A stretch of DNA of 62,318 bases, filler included, from Candidatus Woesearchaeota archaeon (GCA_016180285.1; 6 parts of 6 records of this genome joined end to end with filler, not necessarily neighbours in it); one strand, 5' to 3'. Shown: positions 10,816 to 22,091, counted from the first letter of the whole stretch. Numbers and translations are program-made. The notes: a model not told the origin generated them from the sequence alone.

Positions 10816-12504
10816 ATGGTTGGGGAAGAAACAGAGCTAAAGATAAACTTGAACATTTTAAAGAAAAACTATAATTGGATAATTCTTGCCCTGATCCTGA
10901 TCCTTGGATTTTATTTAAGATCATACCATCTTGATTATCCTGTTATCGGTTATCACAATACAAAAGAAGTGCATACGCTTGCTGAGGCAAGAAGCTTTTA
11001 CAAAGGCGGCGATTATCTTTATCTCAGGGGCGATTATACAATCCCCTTGGTTGATCCGCCAAAATACTCCCATGTAGATAATTTTCCTCTTTATGAATGG
11101 ATTTTTGTAATAGGATGGAAAATATTTGGGATGCAGCTGTGGGTTGCAAGATTAGTTACAGTGTTTTTTGCGCTAGGCGCAGTTGTGTTCACATACCTTT
11201 TCGTAAAAAAGCTTTTCAAAAGGGAAGACATTGCGCTTTTATCGGCATTTTTTACATCTATATCGCCTTTGCTTGTTTTCTTCGGCAGGAATATTCAATT
11301 TGATGCTCCGGCATTGTTTTTCATGACAGCTGCAATTTATTTCTTCCTTGTCTGGAAAGAAAAGCAAACAATGAAAAACATTGTTGTCTTTATGGTCTTT
11401 TTTACCCTTACAGGGCTTACAAAATATCCCTTTTTGATCATTGCAATTCCTCTGCTTTCAATATTTCCTTTTGAAACAATTAAAAGCAAGAAATACTGGA
11501 AGCAGTTTGGCATAGGCGCTTTGATATTCATTGCATTCATATTGTGGTTCCTGCTCCCGAATCTTGCAAAGGCGCAGACATCTTCTTCAGGTGTTGGAGA
11601 TGAGATGATCGGCAGGGTTTTGGAAGAGCCTTTCAAGATGTTTACAAGTGAATGGTGGGGAACTGTTTTCATGTTTGCTTCAAAGGATAATTTTACGAAA
11701 ATAGGAGTCATAATCTCAATTATTGGGCTGTGCATTTCGCTTTGGCATATCAGAAAGCAGCAGCACAGGTTTCTTGTCGCGTGGGCAGTTTCATTTCTGG
11801 TTTATGGATTGCTGCTGATAAATTTCATGACGGGCCACAACTATTACCAGATGCCCTTTGTCCCTTTAGTTGCAATTTTAATATCATCAGCGCTGCTTTT
11901 TATTGCATCAATTATTCCGCAGATAAAAACAAAGCAGCCGTATCTTAAGAACAGCCTCAGATGGATTGCAATAATCTTGTTTTTCATTATTTTTATGTGG
12001 CCAGCTGCAAAGCAAAGCATAGCAGGCCAATTTAATACGCAGTTTTCTGGATTAGATGTTGCTGGCAATTACATAAACTCGCACAGTTCGCCTGATGAAA
12101 TGATGTTTGACTCAGGCCATCAGGATACCGGAGTTGTGTGGCATGCTGACAGAAAAGCAACAGTCATATCTAATTTGTCAGAATTAAAGCAGTTTGAGGA
12201 AAAGAAAAATTTAAAGTGGATCTTTATTTACCAATGGGGCTTTTCAAACATATTCCAGAAATCAGAATTCAGGAATTACATAAACTCCAATTACTCTTTA
12301 AAACAGGTTGCATTCCAGCAGACGCAGCAGGGCGCTGTTCCGATATACTTCTTATTTAAAAAAGGCGGAACATTTGATGAAACAACGCTGAATGAGATGC
12401 TGCAGGGCAGACAGGCGCAGTCAAGAATATATGAATATCTGTCTTTCGGGTTCATTAAGATGAACAGCGCTCCGTATGAAATAAAGTATATTAATTTGGA
12501 ATAA
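10816..12504 (+). CDS. GT-C (ArnT/PMT-like) glycosyltransferase
   Basis: FPLYEWI...FG...WVARL, ALLSAFF..ISP and HNYY motifs; many TMs. Confidence 0.8.
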   Translation: MVGEETELKINLNILKKNYNWIILALILILGFYLRSYHLDYPVIGYHNTKEVHTLAEARSFYKGGDYLYLRGDYTIPLVDPPKYSHVDNFPLYEWIFVIGWKIFGMQLWVARLVTVFFALGAVVFTYLFVKKLFKREDIALLSAFFTSISPLLVFFGRNIQFDAPALFFMTAAIYFFLVWKEKQTMKNIVVFMVFFTLTGLTKYPFLIIAIPLLSIFPFETIKSKKYWKQFGIGALIFIAFILWFLLPNLAKAQTSSSGVGDEMIGRVLEEPFKMFTSEWWGTVFMFASKDNFTKIGVIISIIGLCISLWHIRKQQHRFLVAWAVSFLVYGLLLINFMTGHNYYQMPFVPLVAILISSALLFIASIIPQIKTKQPYLKNSLRWIAIILFFIIFMWPAAKQSIAGQFNTQFSGLDVAGNYINSHSSPDEMMFDSGHQDTGVVWHADRKATVISNLSELKQFEEKKNLKWIFIYQWGFSNIFQKSEFRNYINSNYSLKQVAFQQTQQGAVPIYFLFKKGGTFDETTLNEMLQGRQAQSRIYEYLSFGFIKMNSAPYEIKYINLE

Positions 12505-12506
12505 AA

Positions 12507-13715
12507 ATGCAAAAAATCAAAATCCTGATGCTTGCCCAGAACTTCATCCGCTTCAGGGAAGATATAATGTCGCCCTTTCTTTTTAACTGGGTTTCTGAGA
12601 TCAACAAGAACAGGGATTTTGAAGTCATTGTCCTTGCTCCGCATGAGAAAGGATTAAAGGAACATGAAGTGATTGGCGGCATAAAGATCTACCGCTTCAG
12701 ATACGCTTCTGATAAGTATGAGAGGATAGCATATAAGAATAATATGCATGAATTGGTTATAAAAAGCACATTAAACAAGCTTATTTTCATAAAATTAATA
12801 AGAAATTTTTATAAAAAGATTGTTGAGGTCGTGAAAAAGGAGAAGATTGATCTGATTCACGCAAACTGGTGGGTGCCGTGCGGCATTGCCGCTTACCTCG
12901 CTTCTAAAAAAACCAAAGTTCCTTACATCGTTACAACGCACGGCACAGATGTCTTCATTCTCAGGAAATTCAAATTCTTCAGTTTTTTCGCAAAGAAGAT
13001 TTTTGAAAATGCCGCCAGGATAAATGCAGTTTCAAACTATGTTGCAAGGATCGTCACGGATTTATTAAAAATCAGTAAAAATAAAATTTCTGTTTTTCCA
13101 ATGCCTTTCGACAGGAATAAATTTTACCCAATGAGAAAGAGCAGAAATAAAACAAAAACCATATTTACAATAGGGAAGCTTGTGAAAAGGAAGGGTGTTA
13201 ATTACTTAATTGATGCGTGCAATATTTTAAACGATAAAAAAATTGATTTTAAGCTGATTGTTGTCGGAAAAGGCCCTGAAGAAGAAAGCTTGAAAGAGCA
13301 GATTAAAAAATTGAACCTTGAAAAAAATATAACAATCATTCCTTCTGTTCCGCATAAGGAGCTCATTAAATATTACAATGATGCAGACGTCTTTGTCTTG
13401 GCATCAGTTACAGACTGGAAAGGCGAAACAGAGGCGTTTGGCGTTGTTTTTGCAGAAGCCCTTGCGTGCAAAACACCGGTTATCGGGACAAGGACCGGCG
13501 GAATCCCTGATGTTGTTATAGACGGCAAAACCGGGCTTCTTATTGATGAAAAAAATCCAAAGCAGCTTGCTGGTGCCTTAGTCAGGATTTTAAATAATAA
13601 GGCATTGGCAAAAAAGCTTGCAGAGCAAGGATATAAATACGTGCATGATAATTTTACTGCAGAAAAGATAGCTGAAAAGACAATAAAAATGTATGAAGAG
13701 ATTTTAGTAAAATGA
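12507..13715 (+). CDS. Glycosyltransferase family 4
   Basis: HGTD, KRKGV, EAFGVVFAEALACKTPVI and GGIPDVV motifs. Confidence 0.93.
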   Translation: MQKIKILMLAQNFIRFREDIMSPFLFNWVSEINKNRDFEVIVLAPHEKGLKEHEVIGGIKIYRFRYASDKYERIAYKNNMHELVIKSTLNKLIFIKLIRNFYKKIVEVVKKEKIDLIHANWWVPCGIAAYLASKKTKVPYIVTTHGTDVFILRKFKFFSFFAKKIFENAARINAVSNYVARIVTDLLKISKNKISVFPMPFDRNKFYPMRKSRNKTKTIFTIGKLVKRKGVNYLIDACNILNDKKIDFKLIVVGKGPEEESLKEQIKKLNLEKNITIIPSVPHKELIKYYNDADVFVLASVTDWKGETEAFGVVFAEALACKTPVIGTRTGGIPDVVIDGKTGLLIDEKNPKQLAGALVRILNNKALAKKLAEQGYKYVHDNFTAEKIAEKTIKMYEEILVK

Positions 13716-14407
13716 AAAACAATAAAATAAAACTTATATTCTTTGATATGGAAGGCGTTATAACAGAAACAGGCATAGTGGAAAAAGGCAAAAACACTGC
13801 GGCATCGGCATGGACTCTTATTTCAAGGCATCTTGGAAGAAAAGCCGGAGAAGAAGAGCAGGCGACAAAAGATAAATGGAATAGAAGCGGCTATAAAAAT
13901 TACATTGAATGGATGGAAGATACAATACGAATACATAAAAAATATGGCCTGACAATGAGATATTTCTACAAGGTTTTGCGCAGCATCCCTTATATGAAAG
14001 GCGCCAAACAAACTTTTTCAGTTCTGCATAAAAAAGGCTATAAAACTGCGCTGATAACAGGCGGATTTAAAAATCAGGCAAATAAAATTCAGCGTGAATT
14101 AAAGATAGATCATGTTTTTGCAGCATGCGAGTATTTTTTTGATGATAAAACCCGCAAATTAACTGCGTGGAACTTATTGCCCGCTGATTACGTTGGAAAA
14201 GTTGATTTCATGAGGCTTTTGATGCGCGAATACGGATTGGCAAAAGAGGAATGCGCATTTGTCGGCGATGGCGTGAATGACATTCCTCTTGCAAAAGAAG
14301 CCGGGCTTTCAATAGCCTTTAATGCCAGGCCAGAACTGCAAAAAGTTTGCACTCATTCCATCAATCAAGGAACCAAGGATTTAAGGGGCATTTTGGATTA
14401 TTTATGA
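13712..14407 (+). CDS. HAD-superfamily phosphatase (phosphoserine-phosphatase-like)
   Basis: FFDMEGV motif I, ITGGF motif II, GDGVND motif IV. Confidence 0.85.
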   Translation: MKNNKIKLIFFDMEGVITETGIVEKGKNTAASAWTLISRHLGRKAGEEEQATKDKWNRSGYKNYIEWMEDTIRIHKKYGLTMRYFYKVLRSIPYMKGAKQTFSVLHKKGYKTALITGGFKNQANKIQRELKIDHVFAACEYFFDDKTRKLTAWNLLPADYVGKVDFMRLLMREYGLAKEECAFVGDGVNDIPLAKEAGLSIAFNARPELQKVCTHSINQGTKDLRGILDYL

Positions 14408-15312
14408 AAAAACAAAATAAAAAAATAAAAATTGAGAAAATAATCGGTATTGCAGTATCTGTAATCATTTTATATTTTTTAATAAAAACCCTCTATAATA
14501 ATTCGAATCAGTTACTGGCTTATAGAATTTACTTTAATTATTTTTATCTGATTTTATCTTTCATATTTTTATTTTTTTACCTTTTTCTCTTAGTTTATGG
14601 CTGGAAAAAAATACTGGAGTTATTGAGGGTTAAATTAAGCTACAAGTCGAGCTTAAGAATATGGTTTTTATCGCAATTAGGAAGATATGCGCCCGGAAGG
14701 ATATGGTATCTGCTTGGAAGGATCTATCTTTGTGAAAAGAAAAAAATTTCAAAATACACAACTTTTGTAAGCCTTGTTTTGGAGCTGGCAATGCATGTTT
14801 TATCGGCATTGTTCACAGCATTGATTTTTATACCGGTGATGATCAAGGACAATGGGCTGATAAAATTCCTTCCTGTGTTTTTGATAATCCCGATTGGATT
14901 GGTTTTGTTATATCCGAGGGTTTTTAATCTCATTATAAATTTGGGGCTGAAAATATTCAGAAAGAATCCTGTGGAATTCAGGATAAAGTATTCCTCATTG
15001 CTGCTGTTGCTTGTTTTTTACATTTTTTTATGGATCATAAACGGAGTTGGCTTTTATTTCCTGATTAATTCAATATATGCCTCTCCATTGAGCCTTATAC
15101 TGCCCTTGACAGGTGCATTCGCAGTATCATGGATAATCGGCTTCCTGAGCTTGATAACCCCAAGCGGCCTTGGAATCAGGGAAGGCATACTGACTTTTCT
15201 GCTTGGCTTTTATTTTCCATTGCCGATTGCAATCCTTATCGCATTAATTTCCAGGCTGTGGATAATTGCCGGAGAATTAGGGGGAGCCTTGATATCTTTC
15301 AGATTCAAATAA
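14404..15312 (+). CDS. Lysylphosphatidylglycerol-synthase TM / flippase-like membrane protein
   Basis: LGRYAPGRIW and TPSGLGIREG motifs. ATG at 14404 overlaps the upstream stop. Confidence 0.85.
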   Translation: MKKQNKKIKIEKIIGIAVSVIILYFLIKTLYNNSNQLLAYRIYFNYFYLILSFIFLFFYLFLLVYGWKKILELLRVKLSYKSSLRIWFLSQLGRYAPGRIWYLLGRIYLCEKKKISKYTTFVSLVLELAMHVLSALFTALIFIPVMIKDNGLIKFLPVFLIIPIGLVLLYPRVFNLIINLGLKIFRKNPVEFRIKYSSLLLLLVFYIFLWIINGVGFYFLINSIYASPLSLILPLTGAFAVSWIIGFLSLITPSGLGIREGILTFLLGFYFPLPIAILIALISRLWIIAGELGGALISFRFK

Positions 15313-15320
15313 TTCTATTC

Positions 15321-15476
15321 TTATTGGCCTCTTATCACTCTGACAAGCAGCACAGCGAATATAACAAACAAGATAAAAACAACAATATTGATTGCTATGA
15401 CAACAAGCCAGAACCTGACTTTTGTCTGCTTTAGTTTTTTCCTGACAGCATCCAAGATTCTCAGAAACAGCTGCAT
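15321..15476 (-). CDS. Small single-TM protein (51 aa)
   Basis: Manual translation MQLFLRILDAVRKKLKQTKVRFWLVVIAINIVVFILFVIFAVLLVRVIRGQ; ATG is separated by 1 nt from the atpD stop. Confidence 0.55.
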   Translation of the reverse strand: MQLFLRILDAVRKKLKQTKVRFWLVVIAINIVVFILFVIFAVLLVRVIRGQ

Positions 15477-15477
15477 T

Positions 15478-16101
15478 TTAGCCGGATATCCTCGCCTTTA
15501 TCCTTTTCAGCCTGAAAATATTTTCGCGCTCCATCTCTTCCAGCCTTAATGTTATGAAGCTTTTTATCTTTTCCATTCTGGGTATGACCTCGAATTCAAG
15601 CGCATTCACCCTTCTCTTTGTCTTTTCTATTTCCTTCAGCAGCCTTCTCATCGTAGTTTCAACTTCTGCAGCCCTTATTATCTTTTCTGTGACCTTTTCA
15701 TAGGCATCTGCAGCCTCATCTATTGAGGCAGAATTGTAAACTCCATAGCCGCGCTCCATCATCTTTCTTTTCAGTTCGCCGGATTTAATAGTTGGCACCA
15801 GCACACCCATAATGTTTTTAGTCCCGAATTCTATATCGGGCTTGTTTGCAATAGCCATTGCAATGGACTTTATTTTCAAGTCTGATTCCAGCAGCCTGGC
15901 GATATTCATTTTATACAGTGCCTTCCTGTACTCATCAACAATATCTGACCTTAGGTTTTTGACCTTGCCAAGCACTTCAAAAAACTCAAGAATAAGGCCG
16001 TCTCTTTTTTTCTTCAGAAGATTGTACCCTGATTTTGCCAGGATAATGCTTTTCTTGAATTTGATAAGCTCAGATCTTGTTGGTTTTATTTCAATTGCCA
16101 T
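15478..16101 (-). CDS. atpD: A/V-type ATP synthase subunit D
   Basis: KPTRSEL...LLKKKRDGL and EIEKTKRRVNALE motifs. Confidence 0.96.
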   Translation of the reverse strand: MAIEIKPTRSELIKFKKSIILAKSGYNLLKKKRDGLILEFFEVLGKVKNLRSDIVDEYRKALYKMNIARLLESDLKIKSIAMAIANKPDIEFGTKNIMGVLVPTIKSGELKRKMMERGYGVYNSASIDEAADAYEKVTEKIIRAAEVETTMRRLLKEIEKTKRRVNALEFEVIPRMEKIKSFITLRLEEMERENIFRLKRIKARISG

Positions 16102-16135
16102 TTTATCATATTAGGTTTTTACAATTATTCTTGCG

Positions 16136-17533
16136 TCATGCATTTTCTTCGGCATCTTTTGCTTTGTGGTATTTCTTCCTTATCTCGGGGCTTATCCTTG
16201 TCAGTTCCTGCTCCGGGATATTCCCCATTAAATCCCATCCAATATCAAGTGTCTGCTGAATGCTTCTGTCTTCTGACTTCTTTTGAGCAACAAACCTTTT
16301 TTCAAATTCTTCTGCAAACTTAAGCATTCTTTTGTCCCTTGCTGAAAGCGCTTCTTCACCCACAATCGCAACCAATCCGCGCAGATCACGTCCTGTTGCA
16401 TAGTTCGCGTATAATTGGTCTGAAACCTGCTTGTGATCCTCTCTTGTTCTTTCTTTTCCTATGCCTAAGTTCATCAGCCTTGACAGGGAAGGAAGAATAT
16501 CGATAGGAGGGTACACTCCTTTTCTGTGCAGGTCTCTGTTAAGAACTATCTGCCCTTCAGTTATATACCCTGTTAAATCAGGTATTGGGTGCGTGATATC
16601 GTCGCCGATCATAGTCAATATCGGAATCTGGGTTATCGATCCTTTTTTGCCTTTTATCATGCCCGCTCTTTCGTAAATTGTAGCCAAGTCAGTATACATA
16701 TATCCGGGGTATCCTCTTCTTCCCGGGATTTCCTCTCTTGCGGCTCCGATTTCCCTTAGCGATTCGCAATATGATGTCATATCAGTCAGTATAACGAGAA
16801 CATGCATATCCTGCTCAAACGCGAAATACTCCGCAGCAGTCAGCGCCATTCTCGGTGTTATCAGCCTTTCAACAGCAGGGTCATCAGCAAGGTTCAGGAA
16901 AACAACTGCCCTCTGCAGTGCTCCTGTCTGCTCAAAATCCCTGATAAAATATTGCGCTTCCTCGTTTGTAATGCCCATTGCTGCAAAAATAATTGCAAAG
17001 CTTTCCTTCTGGCCGACAACCTTTGCCTGCCTTGCAATCTGCAAGGCAATATCATTATGAGGCAGCCCGGCAGCAGAAAATAATGGCAGCTTTTGCCCCC
17101 TGACCAATGTATTTGTGCCGTCAATAGTTGAAATTCCGCTCTGGATAAAATCCTGCGGAGGGCCGCGGGAATAAGGATTAATAGCTGCCCCTATTATTTC
17201 CATTCTTTTTTCAGGGATAATATCCGGGCCGTTGTCAATCGGCTTGCCTGCTCCTGAAAATATTCTGCCAAGCATGTCTTTTGAAACAGGCAGCTTTATT
17301 GTCTCGCCTAAAAACCTGACTCTCGCTCCTTTGCTGATGCCTGATGTTCCTTCAAATATCTGCACCACAACAACATCATCTGATGTATCCAGCACCTGCC
17401 CGTTTTTTGCTTCTCCGCTTTCCAGCTGAATCTTGACAAGCTCTCCGTAGCCTATTGGCTCGGTTTTTTCAACAAAAACAAGCGGCCCAGCAATCCTGGT
17501 TATTGTTTTATATTCTTTCATTTTGAACTCCAT
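16136..17533 (-). CDS. atpB: A/V-type ATP synthase subunit B
   Basis: [22 protein letters not shown] and [15 protein letters not shown]. Confidence 0.97.
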   Translation of the reverse strand: MEFKMKEYKTITRIAGPLVFVEKTEPIGYGELVKIQLESGEAKNGQVLDTSDDVVVVQIFEGTSGISKGARVRFLGETIKLPVSKDMLGRIFSGAGKPIDNGPDIIPEKRMEIIGAAINPYSRGPPQDFIQSGISTIDGTNTLVRGQKLPLFSAAGLPHNDIALQIARQAKVVGQKESFAIIFAAMGITNEEAQYFIRDFEQTGALQRAVVFLNLADDPAVERLITPRMALTAAEYFAFEQDMHVLVILTDMTSYCESLREIGAAREEIPGRRGYPGYMYTDLATIYERAGMIKGKKGSITQIPILTMIGDDITHPIPDLTGYITEGQIVLNRDLHRKGVYPPIDILPSLSRLMNLGIGKERTREDHKQVSDQLYANYATGRDLRGLVAIVGEEALSARDKRMLKFAEEFEKRFVAQKKSEDRSIQQTLDIGWDLMGNIPEQELTRISPEIRKKYHKAKDAEENA

Positions 17534-17565
17534 GCCTTTTGTTATGATTGCTCATTTTGCATCAC

Positions 17566-19288
17566 TCATTTTAACGAACTGAATTCCTGCTCCATGTTTC
17601 TCTGGATTTCAGCTAAAAGCTTTTCGTATTGCTTTTCAAACTTTACATCAGCTATTTTGTATTTTGATTTGACATCTTCAAGTTTTTGGATTCTTATTCC
17701 TTTTTCCAGTGCATCATTTGCCAGCTTTGCATAATGCAGTATCAGCTTAAGCAGCAGATAGCTTTTTTTCAGCTCGCAGTAAGTGTCAACATCATGGAAT
17801 GCATTTTGCTGCAAAAACGATTCCCTTATAATTCGCGCAACTTCTAATGTAATCTGCTGCCTTTCCGGCAGCGCATCTGATCCAACTAACTGCACGATCT
17901 CAAGCAGCTTTTCCTCTTCTGTCAAAATGCTCATTGTCTGCTTTATCAGCTCTCTCCAGTCTGATGCAACATTCTCAGCATACCATTTTTCAAGTCCATC
18001 CATGTAAAGCGAATATGAAGTGAGCCAGTTTATTGACGGGAAATGCCTTCTCTGCGCAAGCTTTGAATCCAATGCCCAAAATGTTTTTGTTTAAGGTGTT
18101 TTGGGTTACAGGCTCTGAAAAATCCCCTCCTGGCGGCGATACAGCGCCGATAATAGATACTGAGCCTTCTTTTTCTATGCCCATAGGAATTACCCTGCCT
18201 GCCCTTTCATAAAATTGGGATAATCTTGTTGCAAGATAAGCAGGGTAGCCCTCTTCGCCCGGCATCTCCTCTAATCTGGATGAGATCTCTCTCATAGCCT
18301 CTGCCCATCTTGAAGTGGAATCTGCCATCAAAGCAACGCTATACCCCATGTCGCGGTAATACTCTGCTATTGTAACACCGGTATAAACTGATGCTTCCCT
18401 TGCTGCAACAGGCATATTGGATGTATTTGCAATAAGCACAGTTCTGTTCATCAGCGGCTTGCCTGATTTTGGGTCAATAAGATCAGGGAATTCTTTTAAA
18501 ACTTCAGTCATCTCATTTCCGCGTTCGCCGCAGCCGACATAAACAATTATATCTGCATTTGACCATTTTGCTAATGTTTGCTGCGCCACTGTTTTTCCCG
18601 TTCCGAATCCGCCCGGTATTGCAGCAACTCCGCCCTTTGCCAGCGGAAACAATGCATCATAGATCCTCTGGCCTGTTATCAAAGGAATTTCAGGCGGCAG
18701 TTTTTTTAGCACAGGCCTTGGAACCCTTACTGGCCAATCCTGCTTTAATTTCAATTCTTTGCCGTCATCCAGCTTTCCAATTGGCTCATCAATGGTGAAT
18801 TTTCCAGAGCTTATTTCTTTTATGATTCCTTCATAGCCGTGCGGCGCCATAACAGAATGAGCTACGCCTTTTTCTTCAACAACGCCGATTATCTGGCCTG
18901 ATTTTATTTTATCGCCCGGCTTTGCCTTTGCCTTGAAATCCCATTTTTTATCATGATCCAGCCCGGAAGCTTCCACGCCTCTTTTTATATAGTCGCCCAT
19001 TTCTTTTATGAGCACAGGCAATGGCCTCTGTATTCCGTCATAAATGCTGCCAAGCAATCCCGGACCCAGCTCTACGCTCAGCGGCTTGCCTGTATTTACA
19101 ACAGGCTCGCCTGGCTTTAATCCGGAAGTGTCCTCGTAAACCTGTATTGTTGTTTTATCCTTATCTATCTGGATTACTTCTCCCATCAGTTTTTCATTTC
19201 CAACCCTGACTAAGTCATACATTTTTGCAGCCAATCCCCTGGCAACAACAACAGGGCCGGCAATTCTGTAAATTATTCCTTCACTCAT
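17566..19288 (-). CDS. atpA: A/V-type ATP synthase subunit A (frameshift at ~18090, probably artefact)
   Basis: GGFGTGKT Walker A, GCGERGNE and [10 protein letters not shown]. After EPVTQNTL a single base precedes [22 protein letters not shown] in another frame, about 5 nt short of the usual NTL-Rx-TK. Confidence 0.95.
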
Positions 19289-19289
19289 T

Positions 19290-19598
19290 TTAACCTTCCT
19301 TTTTCCACAGGTCAACGCCTATGGATTTTTTTATCAGCCTTTTTAAATTTTCCTGGGCTGCCTCCATTGACAAAGGCACAAAAACAGGCTTTATGCAGTC
19401 TTCCACAAAAACCCTGTCATGGCTTTCCAGGCTGTTCAGTGTTTTTTCATCAATAACAACAATGCTCATTTCTTTGTCCTGCGCAAGCTCTCTTATCTGA
19501 TTCATCGGGTCTTTCCTGGCCTCAATGATTTTTTTAACTCCTGCCAGCTGAAAGCCGGATACAAACTCCGATGTTCCGATTGCTGATATTTGCGCCAT
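19290..19598 (-). CDS. atpF: A/V-type ATP synthase subunit F
   Basis: [14 protein letters not shown] and [10 protein letters not shown]. Confidence 0.93.
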   Translation of the reverse strand: MAQISAIGTSEFVSGFQLAGVKKIIEARKDPMNQIRELAQDKEMSIVVIDEKTLNSLESHDRVFVEDCIKPVFVPLSMEAAQENLKRLIKKSIGVDLWKKEG

Positions 19599-19622
19599 TT
19601 TGATTTTACAGTTTTATTTCAG

Positions 19623-19882
19623 TCAATTTTCTGCAATCAACTGATTTTCAATAAACTCCTCTTCAATGTTTAATTGTTTTCCTTTTATTATTGTTTTCAG
19701 ATTCCTGACCTCGAGTTCTTTGGCAAACATATAGCCAAGGATTATGTCAACAGACAGCGGATGCTGGTGCTGAAGCAGCATGGACTTTCTAAGCAGGAAT
19801 TTATAAAGCCCGATCTCCAGGTCAATAATTGTGCCCTTTTCCTTTAAATTTTTTAAGCCCTCTTTTATGATGCTGCTGTACT
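19623..19882 (-). CDS. atpC: A/V-type ATP synthase subunit C, C-terminal part (truncated by gap)
   Basis: Manual translation ...HPLSVDIILGYMFAKELEVRNLKTIIKGKQLNIEEEFIENQLIAEN*. Confidence 0.88.
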
Positions 19883-19982
19883 NNNNNNNNNNNNNNNNNN
19901 NNNNNNNNNNNNNNNNNNNNNNNNNNTTAATTAATTAANNNNNNNNNNNNNNNNNNNNNNNNNNNNNNNNNNNNNNNNNNNN
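19883..19982. other. Artificial contig linker
   Basis: N44-TTAATTAATTAA-N44, a six-frame stop spacer. Confidence 0.98.
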
Positions 19983-21291
19983 GGCCCGACAAAAGTTATT
20001 ATAGGAGCATTTGCATCAAGAGATGCCAGTGCAGGCCATAAGTCAATTCTTGTAAAATTAAGGTTTGAGCCGGAGCTGTCTGTTATATTCTTGCCTGTCT
20101 TTAATGCGTTTTCAACCTGCAGGGATGTCAGCGATGCCCCTGTTTCAAGCTTTCTGTACTGCCTCAGCAATGCTGCTGCCCCTGCTGCATGCGGAGTTGA
20201 CATTGAAGTTCCGCTAAAAGTCGCATAACCGCTTGTTGTATAAGTTGAGATTATGCTCACGCCAGGAGCCAGCACATCTGTTATATTGTTCCTGTTGTAA
20301 AAAATTGCATCATTGCTGTTGACTGCTCCTACTGCCGTTGTATTTTGAATGCATGCCGGAGATACAATTGCCGTTGTGTTGCCGTTATTTCCTGTTGCTG
20401 CGAAAACAGAGATGTTTGCTGCAATTGCAGAATTTATTGAAGCTGCTGTTGATGCATAAGAATCGTCGCAGTAACCTGTGTACAGTACAGAGGTGCCAAG
20501 GCTCATGCTGATAACAGTTATATTATATCTTGATGCATTGTTAACGCACCAGTCAATGCCAGCTATGATGTTGGCAGTTGATCCGGTTCCGGCTGAGTTA
20601 AGCACCTTTATTGCTATAAGGCTCGCATTATTCGCAATTCCCTTATAAGTATCATTCATCGAAGCTACAATGCCTGCCACATGAGTTCCATGGCCATTGT
20701 CATCATAAGGGTCCCAGTCTGTGTTGACATAATCATAACCTCCAAGGACTTTTGTGCAGTTTCCCCCAAGAAATGTTGTGTTTGTGCAGTTTCCCAAAGC
20801 AGGATGGGTGTATTGGATGCCTGTATCTAAAATGCACACTGTCTGCCCTAATCCTGTAATATTTGTCCCGTTGTATGTTAAACCCCAAAGCTTTGTTGCA
20901 TTTATCTGCGGAGCGCTTGTTAAAAGGTCAATCTGCATCGGGTGATCGTATTCAATTGCCTCAATATTCGGGTTGTTCTTTAATTTATTAAATGCAGAGC
21001 GCTTTATTTTTGCGGAAAAAGAGTTTACAATGGAATATCTGTGACCACTTTCAGCTCATTTTCTGAGAATTCTGAAATAACGCTGTCCTGGCTGTTTTTT
21101 ATTTTTTCTTTCTTGCCAAAAATGCCGAGATTGTCCAGGTTCTGGTAATTCAGCTTGATTATAACATCGACTTCATCGCCTGTTTTAAGTTTTTCATCAA
21201 CCTCATGGTCTATTTTTATCGCATACGCTAAATTTGAAAATAAAACCAGCGCAAAAACCATTAAAACCAAAAACCTTGTTGATCTTTCCAT
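19983..21291 (-). CDS. Secreted subtilisin-like S8 peptidase with prodomain (1-nt frameshift at ~21045; 3' end truncated by gap)
   Basis: Signal peptide; catalytic triad LDTG, HGTHVAG, GTSMSTPH. ORFs 21025-21291 and 19931-20938 join if one base is restored (NELKV-G-HRYSIVNSFSAKI...EYDHPMQ). Confidence 0.9.
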
Positions 21292-21300
21292 TTTCCTCTT

Positions 21301-22038
21301 TTAACCTTTCGCCACATTATCCCACAGGTATTTGTGGTATCTTTTATAGTTCTCAGCAAGCTCTTTGCTCTCGGTTACGAATGCAAAAAAATCCTCGCCC
21401 AATAAAAAATTAACTGTTTTGTTTCCGTAGATGCCAATAACTGTCGGATTGCCGCTGAATGCTTTTGGCAGAAATCTGCAATATTCCAGCTGAAAAGGCT
21501 TCACTTCTTTTTTTAGCTCGTATCTGATAATATTAAACATTTTTATCTTTAGTTTTATTCTTCGCTTATTCCAGTTTGCAAAGAAAACAGGATGCTTCTT
21601 CGGGACATACCTTCCTGAACCGATCCAATATATCTCTTTATAATTCAGCATATCTTCCCAAACTGCCTTAACGCCTTCTACGCCCCTGTAAACCTCAGCG
21701 TTTATTTCCGGTTTTTTAAAGTTAAATTGCTCGATTATAGAAGGCATTTCTTTTTCTACCTCTTTCTCTGTTTTATCAATTTCATGCTTTTTTTCCTCCA
21801 GACACCCGATGAGTTTGCTGGGGTGGGAAATTTGGAATAATCTTCGTTTGTTTTCCTCGGTATAAGTTACTAAGCCGCGCTCAATAAGCTTGTTTAATAT
21901 GTCATAGATATTTCTTCTTTCAATGCCTGTTTTTTCATGGATTTTGTTAACAGGAGATGTTCCAAGGTCAAGCAAGGCAGAATATGCCTTGATCTCTCCA
22001 TCAGAGAGCCCGATTTTTCTTAGGATTTCCAAGGCCAT
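21301..22038 (-). CDS. TrmB-family transcriptional regulator
   Basis: LRKIGLSDGEIKAY..LL.LG, wHTH (TGIERRNIYDILNKLIERGLV) and EVYRGVEG. Confidence 0.9.
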   Translation of the reverse strand: MALEILRKIGLSDGEIKAYSALLDLGTSPVNKIHEKTGIERRNIYDILNKLIERGLVTYTEENKRRLFQISHPSKLIGCLEEKKHEIDKTEKEVEKEMPSIIEQFNFKKPEINAEVYRGVEGVKAVWEDMLNYKEIYWIGSGRYVPKKHPVFFANWNKRRIKLKIKMFNIIRYELKKEVKPFQLEYCRFLPKAFSGNPTVIGIYGNKTVNFLLGEDFFAFVTESKELAENYKRYHKYLWDNVAKG

Positions 22039-22072
22039 AGGCAGAATAAGATGAACTTATATTTAAATTTAA

Positions 22073-22091
22073 TGGTGTTGTAACAATACCA
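22073..22091. promoter_or_regulatory. Imperfect palindrome, candidate operator between divergent TATA boxes
   Basis: TGGTGTTG-TAA-CAATACCA, flanked by TTTAAATA-type boxes at ~22059-22066 (- strand) and ~22098-22105 (+ strand). Confidence 0.45.

Noticed and set aside
17566..19315. atpA as a naturally split gene, intein or programmed frameshift
   Set aside because: No intein motifs or slippery site. Two conserved codons are replaced by one base, which fits a small deletion error.
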